From: an uncultured Bacteroidales bacterium
Lineage (GTDB): Bacteria > Bacteroidota > Bacteroidia > Bacteroidales > VadinHA17
Length of the DNA: 64,000 nt
Direction: 5' to 3'
Assembly (NCBI GenBank): GCA_963757935.1
Contig: CAVWSZ010000005.1
Coordinates: forward strand, 138,342-202,341
Shown: positions 29,042-39,288 of the stretch, in pieces
How positions within the stretch are numbered: the stretch's first letter is position 1
How the letters are laid out: every line of letters begins with the position of its first letter
Notes under the pieces: model-generated
What the model was told of the DNA's origin: nothing
Seen by the model: only the letters and a program-made list of their open reading frames with translations
Database searches by the model: none
Translations under genes and position numbers: made by a program

Positions 29042-30106
29042 CCCTTGAGTATTTCAGAGTCCTGATCATCCACAGCGGAAGCGGCTTGTGAGGATTTCTC
29101 TTCCGCATGTCAAGATACCATCCAAGTTTTTTAAGAATGGCTACCTTATGCGTTTCCACGAACTCAATAAGAGTGCCGTCAGGGTCCTCGATGTAGGCAA
29201 AGTGACCCGCTGCCTCACCCATGTCGAAGCTGTCTCCCTCGCGACTCATCTGGCTGTCGACAGTAAAGGGGAATCCTGCCTTTGTGCAGTGCTTCCTCAG
29301 GTTATCCATTCCGCTGATATCATAGCACAGGTGTATGAATCCCGGATCACCCCAGTATCTACCCTCAAATATTTTTGTGCCTTTCCTCTCTTTTGATTCT
29401 ATCAGCTCGATGACGCTCTGTCCGAGCAGCGGACTGAATCCGCCATGAAATGGTGTCGACGGGGCCAGCATCACGCGCCTGAAAGTACCCTCCCCCCCGG
29501 AACTGCGGCGAAGTCGTCAAATTTTCCGGTACTGTCATAGATCACCCGGTTATAACCCAGTATGCCGGAGTAGAGCTCCATGGCCTTTTCAATGTCGGAA
29601 ACGCCTATGATGGCTCCGTATGAGCCTCCTGAGTCTTTCTTCAGATTCATAAGCCAGTCCTTGGCTTCAACCATATGGAAGATGTTTCCGAAAGGATCAC
29701 TGATGAAAAAGCTCATTTTTCCCGAGGGATCCGGGGAAGGAGCCCCCATTACTGTGACCCCGGACTTTAAAAAGTTCTTATATGCCGTATCAACGTCCCT
29801 CACCTTCATCTTGCATGAAAAGATGCCAAGGTCGCCGGCTTTTAGCTCTTTCTTACTGTATTGCGGCTCCCGGCCTTTATACTGCCACACCTCGAATCCG
29901 CCCCCGCTCTGAAGATTCATTGCAAGCACAGCATGCCTGCTCCTCGGTTTTCCACCGGTGTAGGGCAGCATGAGCTTAGCCTCCGCCTCTTCCTCAAAGA
30001 TAGGGCAGTCCATTCCGAAGGCACCGATGTACCATGCCCATGCCTTCCGGAGGTCTGCAACCCCCACACCCATCTGCTGAATGCCGTTTATATTATAACC
30101 TTTCAT
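29031..30106 (-). pseudogene. Two-domain VOC (glyoxalase/bleomycin-resistance) family protein, frame-shifted at a C7 homopolymer
   Basis: It starts at MKGYNINGIQQMGVGV (ATG 30106). The frame ends at 29471 just after the C7 run at 29492-29498. The sequence continues (GTFRRVMLAPSTPFHGGFSPLLG...) in ORF 29031..29474. Confidence 0.75.
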
Positions 30107-30120
30107 TACGATTTGCTGAT

Positions 30121-30928
30121 TTACATTGGTTTCATCCGGACTGCCATCCTGAAAAACAGAGCCGGTAAATACTTCCTTATCCCCAGCATGAGCAACTCTT
30201 TGCTGCCGACAAGTATCTCTCGCCTGTTGCGCTTCAGTCCCCTGATTATCTGCTCCGCTGCTTTCTCCGGCTGTGATACCACCGGCCAGTCCCTCGTCCA
30301 TCTTCCCGTGCTCTGCACCTGATGCGGTAAGGGCATGCAATGAAATTGAGGTCCTGACCCTCCCGGGAATGATTACAGAAACCCTTATGTTGTCTCGTCC
30401 GTGTTCAAGCATGAGGGTCTCGAAGAACCCGTGAAGTGCATGTTTGGATGCTGAATATGCTGATCTCAGGGGAAACCCGAAGCGGCCTGAAATGGAACTG
30501 GTGGCCGCAATCTGACCTCCGCCGTTACTTATCATAAACGGCAGCACCGCCTTTGTAAGCGATATGGTGCCGAAGTAATTTATCTCCATTATCCTGCGGT
30601 CAATCCAGAGCGGGGTATCTCTTATCAGAGCCCTCTGGCTCACACCACCGATATTCAGCAGGATATCTATCCTTCCTTCCTTTTCAATAACGGAGGCCAC
30701 AGTTTTTTCTATTTCCGTGGTGTCAGCCAGGTCAAAGGGTACTACGCTGACGCTGCCAGGCATCCCGACACATTTTTCTGCAACCCGTTCAAGGTCATCG
30801 GGATTGTGTGACGAGGCAATAACCCTGCTTCCGCCTCTTACAAAAGCATATACAAGCGCTTCACCTATCCCCGATGACGCCCCTGTCACCCAGACAACCC
30901 TTTGTAAAAAAAAATTCTCCATCATCAA
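30121..30928 (-). pseudogene. SDR-family oxidoreductase, frame-shifted near the C-terminus
   Basis: VTGASSGIGEAL, NIGG and YSASKHAL are in the main frame. The authentic C-terminus (PEKAAEQIIRGLKRNRREILVG...MKPM*) is in ORF 30121..30336. The join is near 30266-30275. Confidence 0.78.
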
Positions 30929-32253
30929 AGCCTTACCATTCTTAACTTCAGGTCGTCAAAAGCATTTTGCAGTTCAATATACTGGTTGTTATTTTTACGT
31001 CTGAAATTCCATATTCTGAGTCCGCCAACAGTTCTTCTCATAAGCATAAGCCAGTTCCATGCGAGTATCCCCAGAACAGGCACGGCCACCAATGCAGCCA
31101 GGGCCAGCCACCAGGGGCTGATGAAAACAAACGCCACGACAATATACAGTGGCACTATTATGAAACTTAAACCGAGAGTGATTCCGTACCTGGCAGTGCT
31201 TATAAATGCCTTGTCCTTCATCTTGAGAGCCTGAATGGCAGGTACCTGGAAGATTACAAAGTTGAGAAGGGTGCCGGCAAGAAAAACCGGAAGGGTGGCA
31301 AACAGGAACAGCGAAGCTGCTATAAGCCATCCCAGAGGGTGCTTTTTCTTGCTCAGCTGCCTGTAGGTGAGCTTCAGCCTTGCAGACAGGTCTCTGACAT
31401 CCAGACTCTCCCCGCAAACCTTGCGGTACTCTTCAGGATCATTGACGCGGAGGTCATTTATCTTGCTGATAAGCCTGTTGTCACGGAAAAGTTTCGGGTA
31501 CCGGATGCTGTCGCTGTATTTCCCGTTGATGATGCTCCTCAGTTCATCGATTGCCTCATAATCCTCCTCGTCTTCTATGTGCACCATCACTTTTTTAAGT
31601 TCGAGCGAGAGTCTGTCGCGAAGCTCCAGGAGACCTTTCGTCGGATTCTCCCGGTAGGTGTCATAATACTCCGAAACCGAGATGGGATGACCGTAGACCA
31701 CAGTAAGTACCTGTCTGAAAAGCCAGTAGTGTGAGAATTCAAGTCCAACGGGAACAATTTTAACATCCATCTTGAAATCCGATGCTTCCCCGGCCTGGAA
31801 TGCGATCCGGCAAATACCCTTTTTCAGCTGACGGAGTCTTCTGAAACCTGCATGGTTGCCTTCAGGCAGGATTGCAATTCCGGTGTTGTGCTGCATGACC
31901 CTGTAAGTGTCATGGAAGGTATCGTCATTCTGTTTCAGGTTTTCGTAACCGTCCCTGATCCTGAATACCGGCAGCATCTTGAAGGCGTACAGGATGCGTG
32001 CAACAAATTTCTTTTTGAAAATATCTGCACGGGCAAGAAAAATGAGCTGTTTCTTCAGGGTGCACAGGACTGCAAGTGCATCCATCAGGGCATTCTGGTG
32101 ATTCGGGGCGAATATGTTCGGTACTGACCAGTCTATGCGTTCCTTACCGAAGACAATGACTTTCCGGTAATATATATAGTTATGCCAGAAGCCAACATAT
32201 GACCTGAGAAGATGATAAAAAAAATCAAATTTCTCAATATTACTCTTACCCAT
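30925..32253 (-). CDS. PlsC-type lysophospholipid acyltransferase with C-terminal membrane domain
   Basis: 442 aa with the H(X)4D motif NHQNALMD, then PEGN, then three C-terminal TM helices. There is a 4-nt overlap with the SDR gene. Confidence 0.78.
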   Translation of the reverse strand: MGKSNIEKFDFFYHLLRSYVGFWHNYIYYRKVIVFGKERIDWSVPNIFAPNHQNALMDALAVLCTLKKQLIFLARADIFKKKFVARILYAFKMLPVFRIRDGYENLKQNDDTFHDTYRVMQHNTGIAILPEGNHAGFRRLRQLKKGICRIAFQAGEASDFKMDVKIVPVGLEFSHYWLFRQVLTVVYGHPISVSEYYDTYRENPTKGLLELRDRLSLELKKVMVHIEDEEDYEAIDELRSIINGKYSDSIRYPKLFRDNRLISKINDLRVNDPEEYRKVCGESLDVRDLSARLKLTYRQLSKKKHPLGWLIAASLFLFATLPVFLAGTLLNFVIFQVPAIQALKMKDKAFISTARYGITLGLSFIIVPLYIVVAFVFISPWWLALAALVAVPVLGILAWNWLMLMRRTVGGLRIWNFRRKNNNQYIELQNAFDDLKLRMVRL

Positions 32254-32421
32254 ACCCGAAGCAGGTTTTTTATCCTTGAATAAACGGGCTCCAACGCAGA
32301 GCCAATCCGACTCCCGAAGGTAGAAAAAGAATAATCCCGACGCTTAAGGTGTATGAATTTCTTAAAGCTGAGGAGCTGTTTTTAGGTATTTATACCACCA
32401 TGAATGAGGCAGTCTGAAGTT

Positions 32422-32799
32422 TTAATCCAGGAAGTTTCCGAGCTCTCTTCGCTCTTTCTTTGTGGGGCGCCCCGAGCCTCTTGGTCTGTATCCGAAGAAC
32501 GCTCCGCTTTCGGGCTTTAATCTGTTCTTCTCTTCTTCAGGAGTCAGGTCTGTGATAAATTCAGCAACCAGTTTGGCGCCCACCCTGTTTTCAATCAGTC
32601 CCTTTACAAGATATGTATACGTGACGGGCGGTTTCCTGATTATGATGGTGTCTCCAGTGGTTACACTGTGTGAAGGTTTGACGGGATTGCCTCCGATAGT
32701 CACCCTGCCTTTTCTGCATGCTTCGGAGGCGGAGCTTCTGGATTTGAACAGTCGCACCGCCCACAGGTATTTATCTATCCTTGTCTCCCTTGTCTCCAT
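32422..32799 (-). CDS. hslR: S4-domain RNA-binding protein (Hsp15/HslR-like)
   Basis: 125 aa: RIDKYLWAVRLFKSRSSASEACRKGRVTIGGNPVKPS. Confidence 0.82.
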   Translation of the reverse strand: METRETRIDKYLWAVRLFKSRSSASEACRKGRVTIGGNPVKPSHSVTTGDTIIIRKPPVTYTYLVKGLIENRVGAKLVAEFITDLTPEEEKNRLKPESGAFFGYRPRGSGRPTKKERRELGNFLD

Positions 32800-33379
32800 C
32801 TTCAGACAGCGTTTTACCCTGTTTATTGAATGCCGTCATTGTCAGCTCGCACCCTGCTATTGCAAATGACTTTACAAATTCCACGGCCAGTGGTACTCTT
32901 TTTTTCATAACAGACATCTCCTCATCCGACCACCTTCCGAGCACATAGTCAACCTGCCTGCCTTTCGGGAATTCGCTGCCTATGCCCACCCTCAGGCGGG
33001 CGTAGTCATCTGAACCCAGGGTCTCGCTTATGCTTGCAAGGCCGTTATGACCTCCGTGACTTCCCCTGGCTCTCAGACGTATGCTCCCCGTTGGGATGGC
33101 CAGATCATCAGTCACAACGAGAAAATTTTCCAGCGGTATCTTTTCTTTTTTCAGCCAGTAATCCACGGCGTTCCCGCTGCGGTTCATGAATGTTGACGGT
33201 TTAAGCAGCACAAGTATCCTGCCCCTGTGCTTCAATTCGGCAACTGCACCGTACCGGCGGTCTGTAAAAGAGATATTGGACGCACCAGCAAGTGCATCCA
33301 ATATCAAAAATCCGACATTGTGTCGTGTATTTTCGTACTCTTCGCCTATGTTGCCAAGACCGGCGATAAGATATTTCAA
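32771..33379 (-). CDS. pth: Aminoacyl-tRNA hydrolase
   Basis: MKYLIAGLGNIGEEYENTRHNVGF, RLRARGSHGGHNGL. Confidence 0.95.
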   Translation of the reverse strand: MKYLIAGLGNIGEEYENTRHNVGFLILDALAGASNISFTDRRYGAVAELKHRGRILVLLKPSTFMNRSGNAVDYWLKKEKIPLENFLVVTDDLAIPTGSIRLRARGSHGGHNGLASISETLGSDDYARLRVGIGSEFPKGRQVDYVLGRWSDEEMSVMKKRVPLAVEFVKSFAIAGCELTMTAFNKQGKTLSEDGDKGDKDR

Positions 33380-33387
33380 GGTGCTCC

Positions 33388-34017
33388 TTATTTTGCAGCG
33401 GCAGCAGCCGGTTCTGCGGGTGCTTCAGCGCCTTCGGCAGCAACAGCTCCCTCGGCTCCTTCTTCTTTCTGTACGACGCGTGAGGTAGCCACACTGACGA
33501 TCATTGACTTCTTGTTTTCCATGATCTCAAGATTGTCATATTTCAGATCTCCGATCTTTAATGACTGGCCGATCTCGAGACCTGAGATGTCAATCTCCAG
33601 GTGTTCGGGAAAATCCTTCGTGAATCCCTTAATCTTAAGGCTTCTGCGTTTGATGTTAAGTCTGCCGCCTGCCTTCACACCGGGTGATACTCCGGTGATG
33701 AGGATCGGGATAGCAATCATTACAGGTTTGTCTTCGAATACCTGCATAAAGTCAATATGAAGCAGCTTGTCTGAAACCGGGTGAAACTGAAGGTCTTTCA
33801 GAACTACTTTGTAGCTCTCCGCACCTACCTGAAGGTTAACAAGGTGCACATCAGGTGTATAAATCAGTGAGCGAAATTCATTTTCATGAGCAAAGAAGTG
33901 AATATTCTCCTTGCCACCGTACATTACACACGGAACATTGTCTTTAACCCGCAGGCTCTTTGTGTCTTTCTTTCCAAAAATTTCCCTGGGTACGGCTTTG
34001 ATCTCAATAGTTTTCAT
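33388..34017 (-). CDS. rplY: 50S ribosomal protein L25 / general stress protein Ctc
   Basis: 209 aa: R...GKKDTKSLR..DNVPCVMYGG, with an Ala/Glu-rich tail. Confidence 0.92.
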   Translation of the reverse strand: MKTIEIKAVPREIFGKKDTKSLRVKDNVPCVMYGGKENIHFFAHENEFRSLIYTPDVHLVNLQVGAESYKVVLKDLQFHPVSDKLLHIDFMQVFEDKPVMIAIPILITGVSPGVKAGGRLNIKRRSLKIKGFTKDFPEHLEIDISGLEIGQSLKIGDLKYDNLEIMENKKSMIVSVATSRVVQKEEGAEGAVAAEGAEAPAEPAAAAAK

Positions 34018-34099
34018 TGTCTTTAATTAGTTGTGCTACTCAAAGTTACATGCCAGGTAACCTCCCATTGCACGTTGGACATTTTTAAAAATTGGCCTG

Positions 34100-34107
34100 C
34101 AAATATA
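34100..34107 (-). promoter_or_regulatory. Bacteroidota -7 promoter box for rplY-pth-hslR
   Basis: The minus strand reads TATATTTG, about 83 nt upstream of the rplY start. Confidence 0.4.
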
Positions 34108-34117
34108 GTGAAAAACC

Positions 34118-35056
34118 TTAAAACAAAAAACCGGTGCTTATGGAACTGTTGCTATAAACGGCTTTTATTGCCTCGGCAAAGATATTTCCGACCGGAAGGA
34201 TCTTGATTTTAGGTGAACTGTTGACAATCGGAATACTGTCAGTAACCACCAGTTCCTCAAGCGGAGAACTGTCAATCTTTTCAATGGCGTCACCCGAAAG
34301 TACGGGGTGGGTGGCCACTGCCCTTACGCTTATGGCTCCGCGGTCTTTCATTACCCTGGCAGCAAATGTAAGGGTACCGGCGGTATCGACCATGTCATCA
34401 ATGATGACAACGTTTCGCCCCTCAACTTCTCCTATTATGGATATCTCTTCCACGATGTTCGGCTTCTTCCTCAGTTTGTAGCACAGTACCATTTCGCTCT
34501 GCAGGAACCTGGCATAGGCATTGGCTCTTTTGGATCCACCCATGTCGGGAGCAGATATTGTAAGGTTCGGCAGTCTGAGACTCCTGATATAGGGAGCGAA
34601 CAGGGCAGAGCCGAAGAGGTGATCTACAGGCACGTCAAAGAAGCCCTGTATCTGGTCAGCGTGCAGATCCATCGTTATGATGCGGTCTACACCTGCCTTG
34701 GTAAGCATGTCAGCAGTCAGCTTCGCACCCAGGGAGACACGTGGTCTGTCCTTGCGGTCCTGCCTGGCATACCCGTAATAGGGAATAACTGCATTGACCT
34801 TGTAGGCCGATGCTCTCTTTGCCGCATCAATCATCAGCAAAAGCTCCATCAGGTTCTCTGCAGGCGGATTTGTTGACTGAACAATGAAAACATGACAACC
34901 TCTGACTGACTCATCAAAGCAGGGTTGAAATTCACCGTCACTGAACCGGGTAAGTGAACTTATGCCAAGTTCAATCCCCAGATGTTTTGCTATTGTCTCA
35001 GCCATGCCTATGGAAGAACGGCACGAAAAAATCTTGAAGGGAGCTCTACCGATCAT
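34118..35056 (-). CDS. prs: Ribose-phosphate pyrophosphokinase
   Basis: 312 aa with YYGYARQDRK, DLHADQIQGFF and the PRPP loop VIIDDMVDTAGT. Confidence 0.95.
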   Translation of the reverse strand: MIGRAPFKIFSCRSSIGMAETIAKHLGIELGISSLTRFSDGEFQPCFDESVRGCHVFIVQSTNPPAENLMELLLMIDAAKRASAYKVNAVIPYYGYARQDRKDRPRVSLGAKLTADMLTKAGVDRIITMDLHADQIQGFFDVPVDHLFGSALFAPYIRSLRLPNLTISAPDMGGSKRANAYARFLQSEMVLCYKLRKKPNIVEEISIIGEVEGRNVVIIDDMVDTAGTLTFAARVMKDRGAISVRAVATHPVLSGDAIEKIDSSPLEELVVTDSIPIVNSSPKIKILPVGNIFAEAIKAVYSNSSISTGFLF

Positions 35057-35115
35057 ATGTAAGGGGTAATAGGTTAATTAATTCTGGCGCTGTAAAAATA
35101 GCATTTAAGGTCCAA

Positions 35116-35724
35116 TCATTTTTCCTTTTTGAAAAATTTCATTGTCTCCGAGATATAGTCAAGTAACTCATCACGTCCTTTTCCTTTGGTGGCTGAGGTG
35201 ACGAAGGTCACGGGAAGGGTCTCCCACCTTTCAAGCATAATCCTGTTATGCAGGGCCAGGTTCTTTTCAGTCTCCCGCTGCCCGGCCTTGTCAGCCTTGG
35301 TGAATACCCTCGCAAAGGGGACACCGTTCAGCGCCATTTTCTCCATGAACTCAAGGTCTGAGGCGATAGGCTCGTGCCTGGCATCAATCAGTACAAACAG
35401 CGAAATAAGATTTTCACGTTTTGTGACATAGGCGTTAATCAGCCTGCTCCATTCCTCTCTCTGCTTCTGTGATGCCCGGGCATACCCGTAACCCGGAAGG
35501 TCTACCAGATACCAGCTGTCATTTATAATAAAATGATTGACAGTACGGGTTTTACCTGGCGTGCCAGAGATCTTAGCCAGACCCTTCTTCGTTACAATCA
35601 TATTGATAAGTGAGGACTTGCCAACATTGGAACGGCCTATAAATGCATACTCCGGCATGTCAGGAGGGGGGCACTGGCTTATTTTGGCACTGCTTGTTAC
35701 GTATGTAGCGCTTTTGACTATCAT
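35116..35724 (-). CDS. engB: Ribosome biogenesis GTPase YihA/YsxC (EngB)
   Basis: P-loop GRSNVGKSSLIN, plus DLPGYGYA and TKADK. Confidence 0.9.
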   Translation of the reverse strand: MIVKSATYVTSSAKISQCPPPDMPEYAFIGRSNVGKSSLINMIVTKKGLAKISGTPGKTRTVNHFIINDSWYLVDLPGYGYARASQKQREEWSRLINAYVTKRENLISLFVLIDARHEPIASDLEFMEKMALNGVPFARVFTKADKAGQRETEKNLALHNRIMLERWETLPVTFVTSATKGKGRDELLDYISETMKFFKKEK

Positions 35725-35756
35725 TCTCCTTCTGTTTTATCCCTGGATGAACTCCA

Positions 35757-36513
35757 TCATTTAAGGTCCTTATACGGAAGGGGGATTGCAATTCTGTAAT
35801 AGAGCCTGTTGCCGAAATTAGTCAGATATGCCGCAATGACAACCACAGAATCTGCACCTGTGCTGTCACTCTTTATCATGTCGAGGTAGCCTGTGGTTGC
35901 GGACTGAAGCAGCGGTTTGCAGACCGAAAGGTCAACAAGGCCGTTGACAAAATCACCCCTGTAGTAGTTTACAGTTTCAGAGAGATCTGACATCTCCACG
36001 TAGATTTTATAAACACCCTTTTCCCTGTACTTGTCTATCACCTTATAAGTTAACTTCGGGTAGTCAGTGACCTTGACCCCTGACATTTCATATTCGTCAA
36101 GCATGGGCGACCTGTTGCCGTTGATGTAGTTTATCCTTGCCTTGACCCTCCCGCTCTTGTAATACTGTATCTGGTCACCGTTGATTGTGTCATTTTCATA
36201 GGGTGTCACCCTGAAAAGTTTGCTGTCAGGATAGAACCATTTAGCCTCTCCGTTCCGGGCGCCGTCGACTGTACGGGATCTCCTGCTCCGTGACTCCGCC
36301 ACGGTAAAAGGTCCGTGTCATGCCTTCCCTGATCCCGTTTGTAAAGTGAACCTCCTTGAGCTTTACACCGTCTCTCATGTAGTTTTTCATCCCGGTATAT
36401 CCTGTGTCCGCCGCATGCTTTTCTTTTCGTCCTTCTCCGTCGCCCGGATTCCCGGTGCAGGAAAATGCTGCAACGATCAATACTGCCATTAAAAATGTGA
36501 TTACAGGTTTCAT
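35757..36513 (-). pseudogene. MORN-repeat (YwqK-like) lipoprotein, frame-shifted
   Basis: ORF 36241..36513 has lipobox AAFSC and repeats (HFTNGIREGMTRTFYRGG). ORF 35757..36302 continues the repeats (DGARNGEAKWFYPDS..., INGDQIQYYKSGR). The join is near 36265-36275. Confidence 0.62.
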
Positions 36514-36524
36514 TTCATTGTTTT

Positions 36525-37505
36525 TTAGGGTATGAATACTTCAAGAATTGTTGCAGTGCCCACCGGTATCAGGGTCACACTGTCTGCGGAAGCCGGTATC
36601 AGTACAGTCTCCCCGGCACTGAGTTTTTCTGTGTTGCCGAAGCACTCTACAAGCACAGTGCTTTCTGTGCATATGTAAATGACAAACGAGTCAATCAGAC
36701 TGTAGTCTTTGATCACCGGGACGTTAATCCGGATCAGGCTGGTATGGAAATACCTGCAATCGGCAAGTTTCAGCGGACGGTTGACCTCAGGAGTCTCCCT
36801 GATGAGTCCGGTTGTGTCAAGATCGAAATTTATGGCATCGAGCGCAAGTTCGGTGTGCATTTCACGCCTCTTTCCCGAGGCGTCGACCCTGTCCCAGTCA
36901 TAGATACGGTAGGTCACATCCGATGTTTGCTGTATTTCGGTAAGGATAACTCCGGCACCTATTGCATGTACCATGCCTGCCGGAATGAAAAAGGCATCTC
37001 CGGCCTTTACCGGAGTTGCATTTATAATAGACTCAAGACTCCTGGCGTCAAGATGCTTCAGATATTCCTCCTTTGATGTCTTGTGTCTGAACCCGGTGTA
37101 TATCAGTGCATTGTTCACGGCATCAAGAACATACCACATCTCGGTTTTGCCCCAGGCATGATGACGCTCGAAGGCAAGCTGGTCTCCCGGATGCACCTGT
37201 ATCGACAGCTTATCACGGGCATCGATGAATTTTATAAGTAGCGGGAACTCGGTGCCGAACTTCTCAAATGGCCCGTCGCCGATGAGGTCACCCATATATA
37301 TCTCCACGATCTCTTCAAGAGTGTTGCCCTTCAGAAAACCGTTGGCGACTACCGAGCTATCTCCGGTCATCCCGGTTATCTCCCAGCTTTCGCCTATTCT
37401 TTTTCCGGGTTTGCTCTCCTTGCCATAGCGTTCGTGCAGTGCGCTTCCTCCCCAGATTGACTCCCTGAGAACAGGCTTGAATTTAATGGGATAGAGTGTG
37501 TTCAT
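36525..37505 (-). CDS. manA: Class I mannose-6-phosphate isomerase
   Basis: 326 aa with LYPIKFKPVLRESIWGG, LSIQVHP, KTEMWYV and HAIGAG. Confidence 0.85.
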   Translation of the reverse strand: MNTLYPIKFKPVLRESIWGGSALHERYGKESKPGKRIGESWEITGMTGDSSVVANGFLKGNTLEEIVEIYMGDLIGDGPFEKFGTEFPLLIKFIDARDKLSIQVHPGDQLAFERHHAWGKTEMWYVLDAVNNALIYTGFRHKTSKEEYLKHLDARSLESIINATPVKAGDAFFIPAGMVHAIGAGVILTEIQQTSDVTYRIYDWDRVDASGKRREMHTELALDAINFDLDTTGLIRETPEVNRPLKLADCRYFHTSLIRINVPVIKDYSLIDSFVIYICTESTVLVECFGNTEKLSAGETVLIPASADSVTLIPVGTATILEVFIP

Positions 37506-37508
37506 GCT

Positions 37509-37811
37509 TTAAAGTACGTAGTCAACGGTGACCTTCGTTTTTCTGACTGCAGAAGCTGCATTGACTGCAGCCACGTGTTCTGCACTCCGGATATACCGGT
37601 TCAGGTCTTCTTCACTGGCAAAGAGAGAGTCAATTACAAAGTCACCTGCATGCTCCGCATTCAGGACGTTTACTCCGGTCCTGTATTCAAGCGGAAACTT
37701 CAGGCTTTTGCCCATCGGCTCAAAAATCTCCCTGAGTTTTTTTACCGAGGCCTCCTTTTCCTCTGGTGTGTAAGGTGGTGTCAGCCTGAAGATGACTATA
37801 TGTTTTATCAT
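37509..37811 (-). CDS. Dabb (stress-responsive alpha/beta-barrel) family protein
   Basis: 100 aa: MIKHIVIFRL ... SAEHVAAV. Confidence 0.78.
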   Translation of the reverse strand: MIKHIVIFRLTPPYTPEEKEASVKKLREIFEPMGKSLKFPLEYRTGVNVLNAEHAGDFVIDSLFASEEDLNRYIRSAEHVAAVNAASAVRKTKVTVDYVL

Positions 37812-37824
37812 TTATATAATTTGC

Positions 37825-37832
37825 TACTTTTG
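37825..37832 (+). promoter_or_regulatory. Bacteroidota -7 promoter box for udk
   Basis: TACTTTTG lies 44 nt upstream of the ATG at 37876. Confidence 0.35.
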
Positions 37833-37875
37833 AGACTAAGTTGACAAACGGAATTAGTACAAAAATAATCATTTT

Positions 37876-38484
37876 ATGCTTATCGTAGGAATTGCCGGAG
37901 GCACGGGCTCGGGAAAGACAACAGTGGTTCGGAAACTGATCGAGATGCTTCCTCCGGGCGAGGTTGTGATCCTTCCGCAGGACACCTACTACAAAGATAA
38001 CCAGGGTATATCGATAGAGGAGCGTCAGAAAATCAATTTTGACCATCCCGAATCTGTGGAGTGGCCGCTGCTGATGGCACACCTTGCTGAACTACGGGCC
38101 GGCCGGCCGATAGAGATGCCAATATATTCGTATCTCACCTGCCTCCGCTCGAAGGAGACTCTTCCTGTCTCTCCGGCCCACGTGGTTGTTGTCGAGGGTA
38201 TCCTGGTGCTTACCGATCCCGGCTTGCGGTCAATGCTTGATATTAAAGTCTTTGTTGACGCTGACGCCGATGACAGACTCGGAAGGGTAATACAGCGTGA
38301 CATCATAGAACGCGGCAGATCTGTACTTCAGGTACTGGCCCGTTACGGTGAGACAGTCAAACCGTCACACCTTCAGTTCATCGAACCGTCAAAACGCTAT
38401 GCTGACATCATTATCCCGGGCGGAGGAGACAACGTGGTCGGGATTGAGGTGCTGAGAACCATAGTTGAAAAACACCTGAAGTAA
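37876..38484 (+). CDS. udk: Uridine kinase
   Basis: P-loop GIAGGTGSGKTT, plus NFDHPESV and EGILV. Confidence 0.95.
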   Translation: MLIVGIAGGTGSGKTTVVRKLIEMLPPGEVVILPQDTYYKDNQGISIEERQKINFDHPESVEWPLLMAHLAELRAGRPIEMPIYSYLTCLRSKETLPVSPAHVVVVEGILVLTDPGLRSMLDIKVFVDADADDRLGRVIQRDIIERGRSVLQVLARYGETVKPSHLQFIEPSKRYADIIIPGGGDNVVGIEVLRTIVEKHLK

Positions 38485-39208
38485 TCAGGTATTGTACTTC
38501 AGCTCTCTGAGGTACATCTGTATAGTGTTCTCCAGGCCCAGGTAAAGGGCGTCGGCAATCAGGGCATGTCCTATGGATACCTCCATCAGGAAGGGAATAT
38601 GCTGATGCAGCCAGCGCAGGTTGTTCAGATCGAGGTCATGTCCGGCGTTAATGCCCATCCCCAGTGAACGTGCAAGTTCAGCAGCCCTGACAAACGGAGC
38701 TACGGCAGCCTCCCTGTCGGAAGGGTACATCGAAGCATAAGGCTCAGTGTACAGCTCGACACGGTCTGTGCCGGTCTGAGCAGCATAATCGTATCATCTC
38801 ATCATCTGTGCCCACAAATATCGATGTCCGTATGCCCTTTTCCCTGAAACCGGCAATTACATCCTGCAGAAATGGAAGATTGGTCTTCGTATCCCATCCT
38901 GCATTCGAAGTTACAGCATCATGAGCATCAGGCACCAGTGTTACCTGGTCAGGCAGAACATCGTAAACCAGTTTGATGAAATCCCTGCCCGGATTGCCCT
39001 CGATGTTGAACTCAGTCGTAACAATATCCTTTATTTCATAAACATCACTGTATCGGATATGCCGTTCATCAGGTCTGGGGTGCACTGTAATGCCTTCAGC
39101 ACCAAAGCTCTGGCATTTCACGGCGGCAAGCTTAACGTCCGGAACGTTACCGCCGCGAGCATTTCTTAAAGTCGCAATCTTATTAATGTTTACACTTAGT
39201 CTGGTCAT
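38485..39208 (-). pseudogene. pdxJ: Pyridoxine 5'-phosphate synthase, frame-shifted
   Basis: The N-terminal part is in ORF 38744..39208 ([29 protein letters not shown]). The C-terminal part is in ORF 38485..38730 ([17 protein letters not shown]). That frame read upstream gives [23 protein letters not shown], so the join is near 38783-38790. Confidence 0.85.
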
Positions 39209-39288
39209 TCTGCCGTTCTCTTATTATGACTGCAAAGTTATAACGATCCGCAGTTTTTTGTACTTTTATTCCTTAATTGAAGCTGACG

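Noticed and set aside
29471-30928. Natural SDR-VOC fusion protein (485 aa)
   Set aside because: The linker is nonsense-like. The genuine SDR C-terminus with its stop lies in another frame (30121..30336), immediately before the VOC ATG.
33227-33760. 177-aa plus-strand ORF
   Set aside because: It is antisense to pth and rplY, which are both strongly supported.
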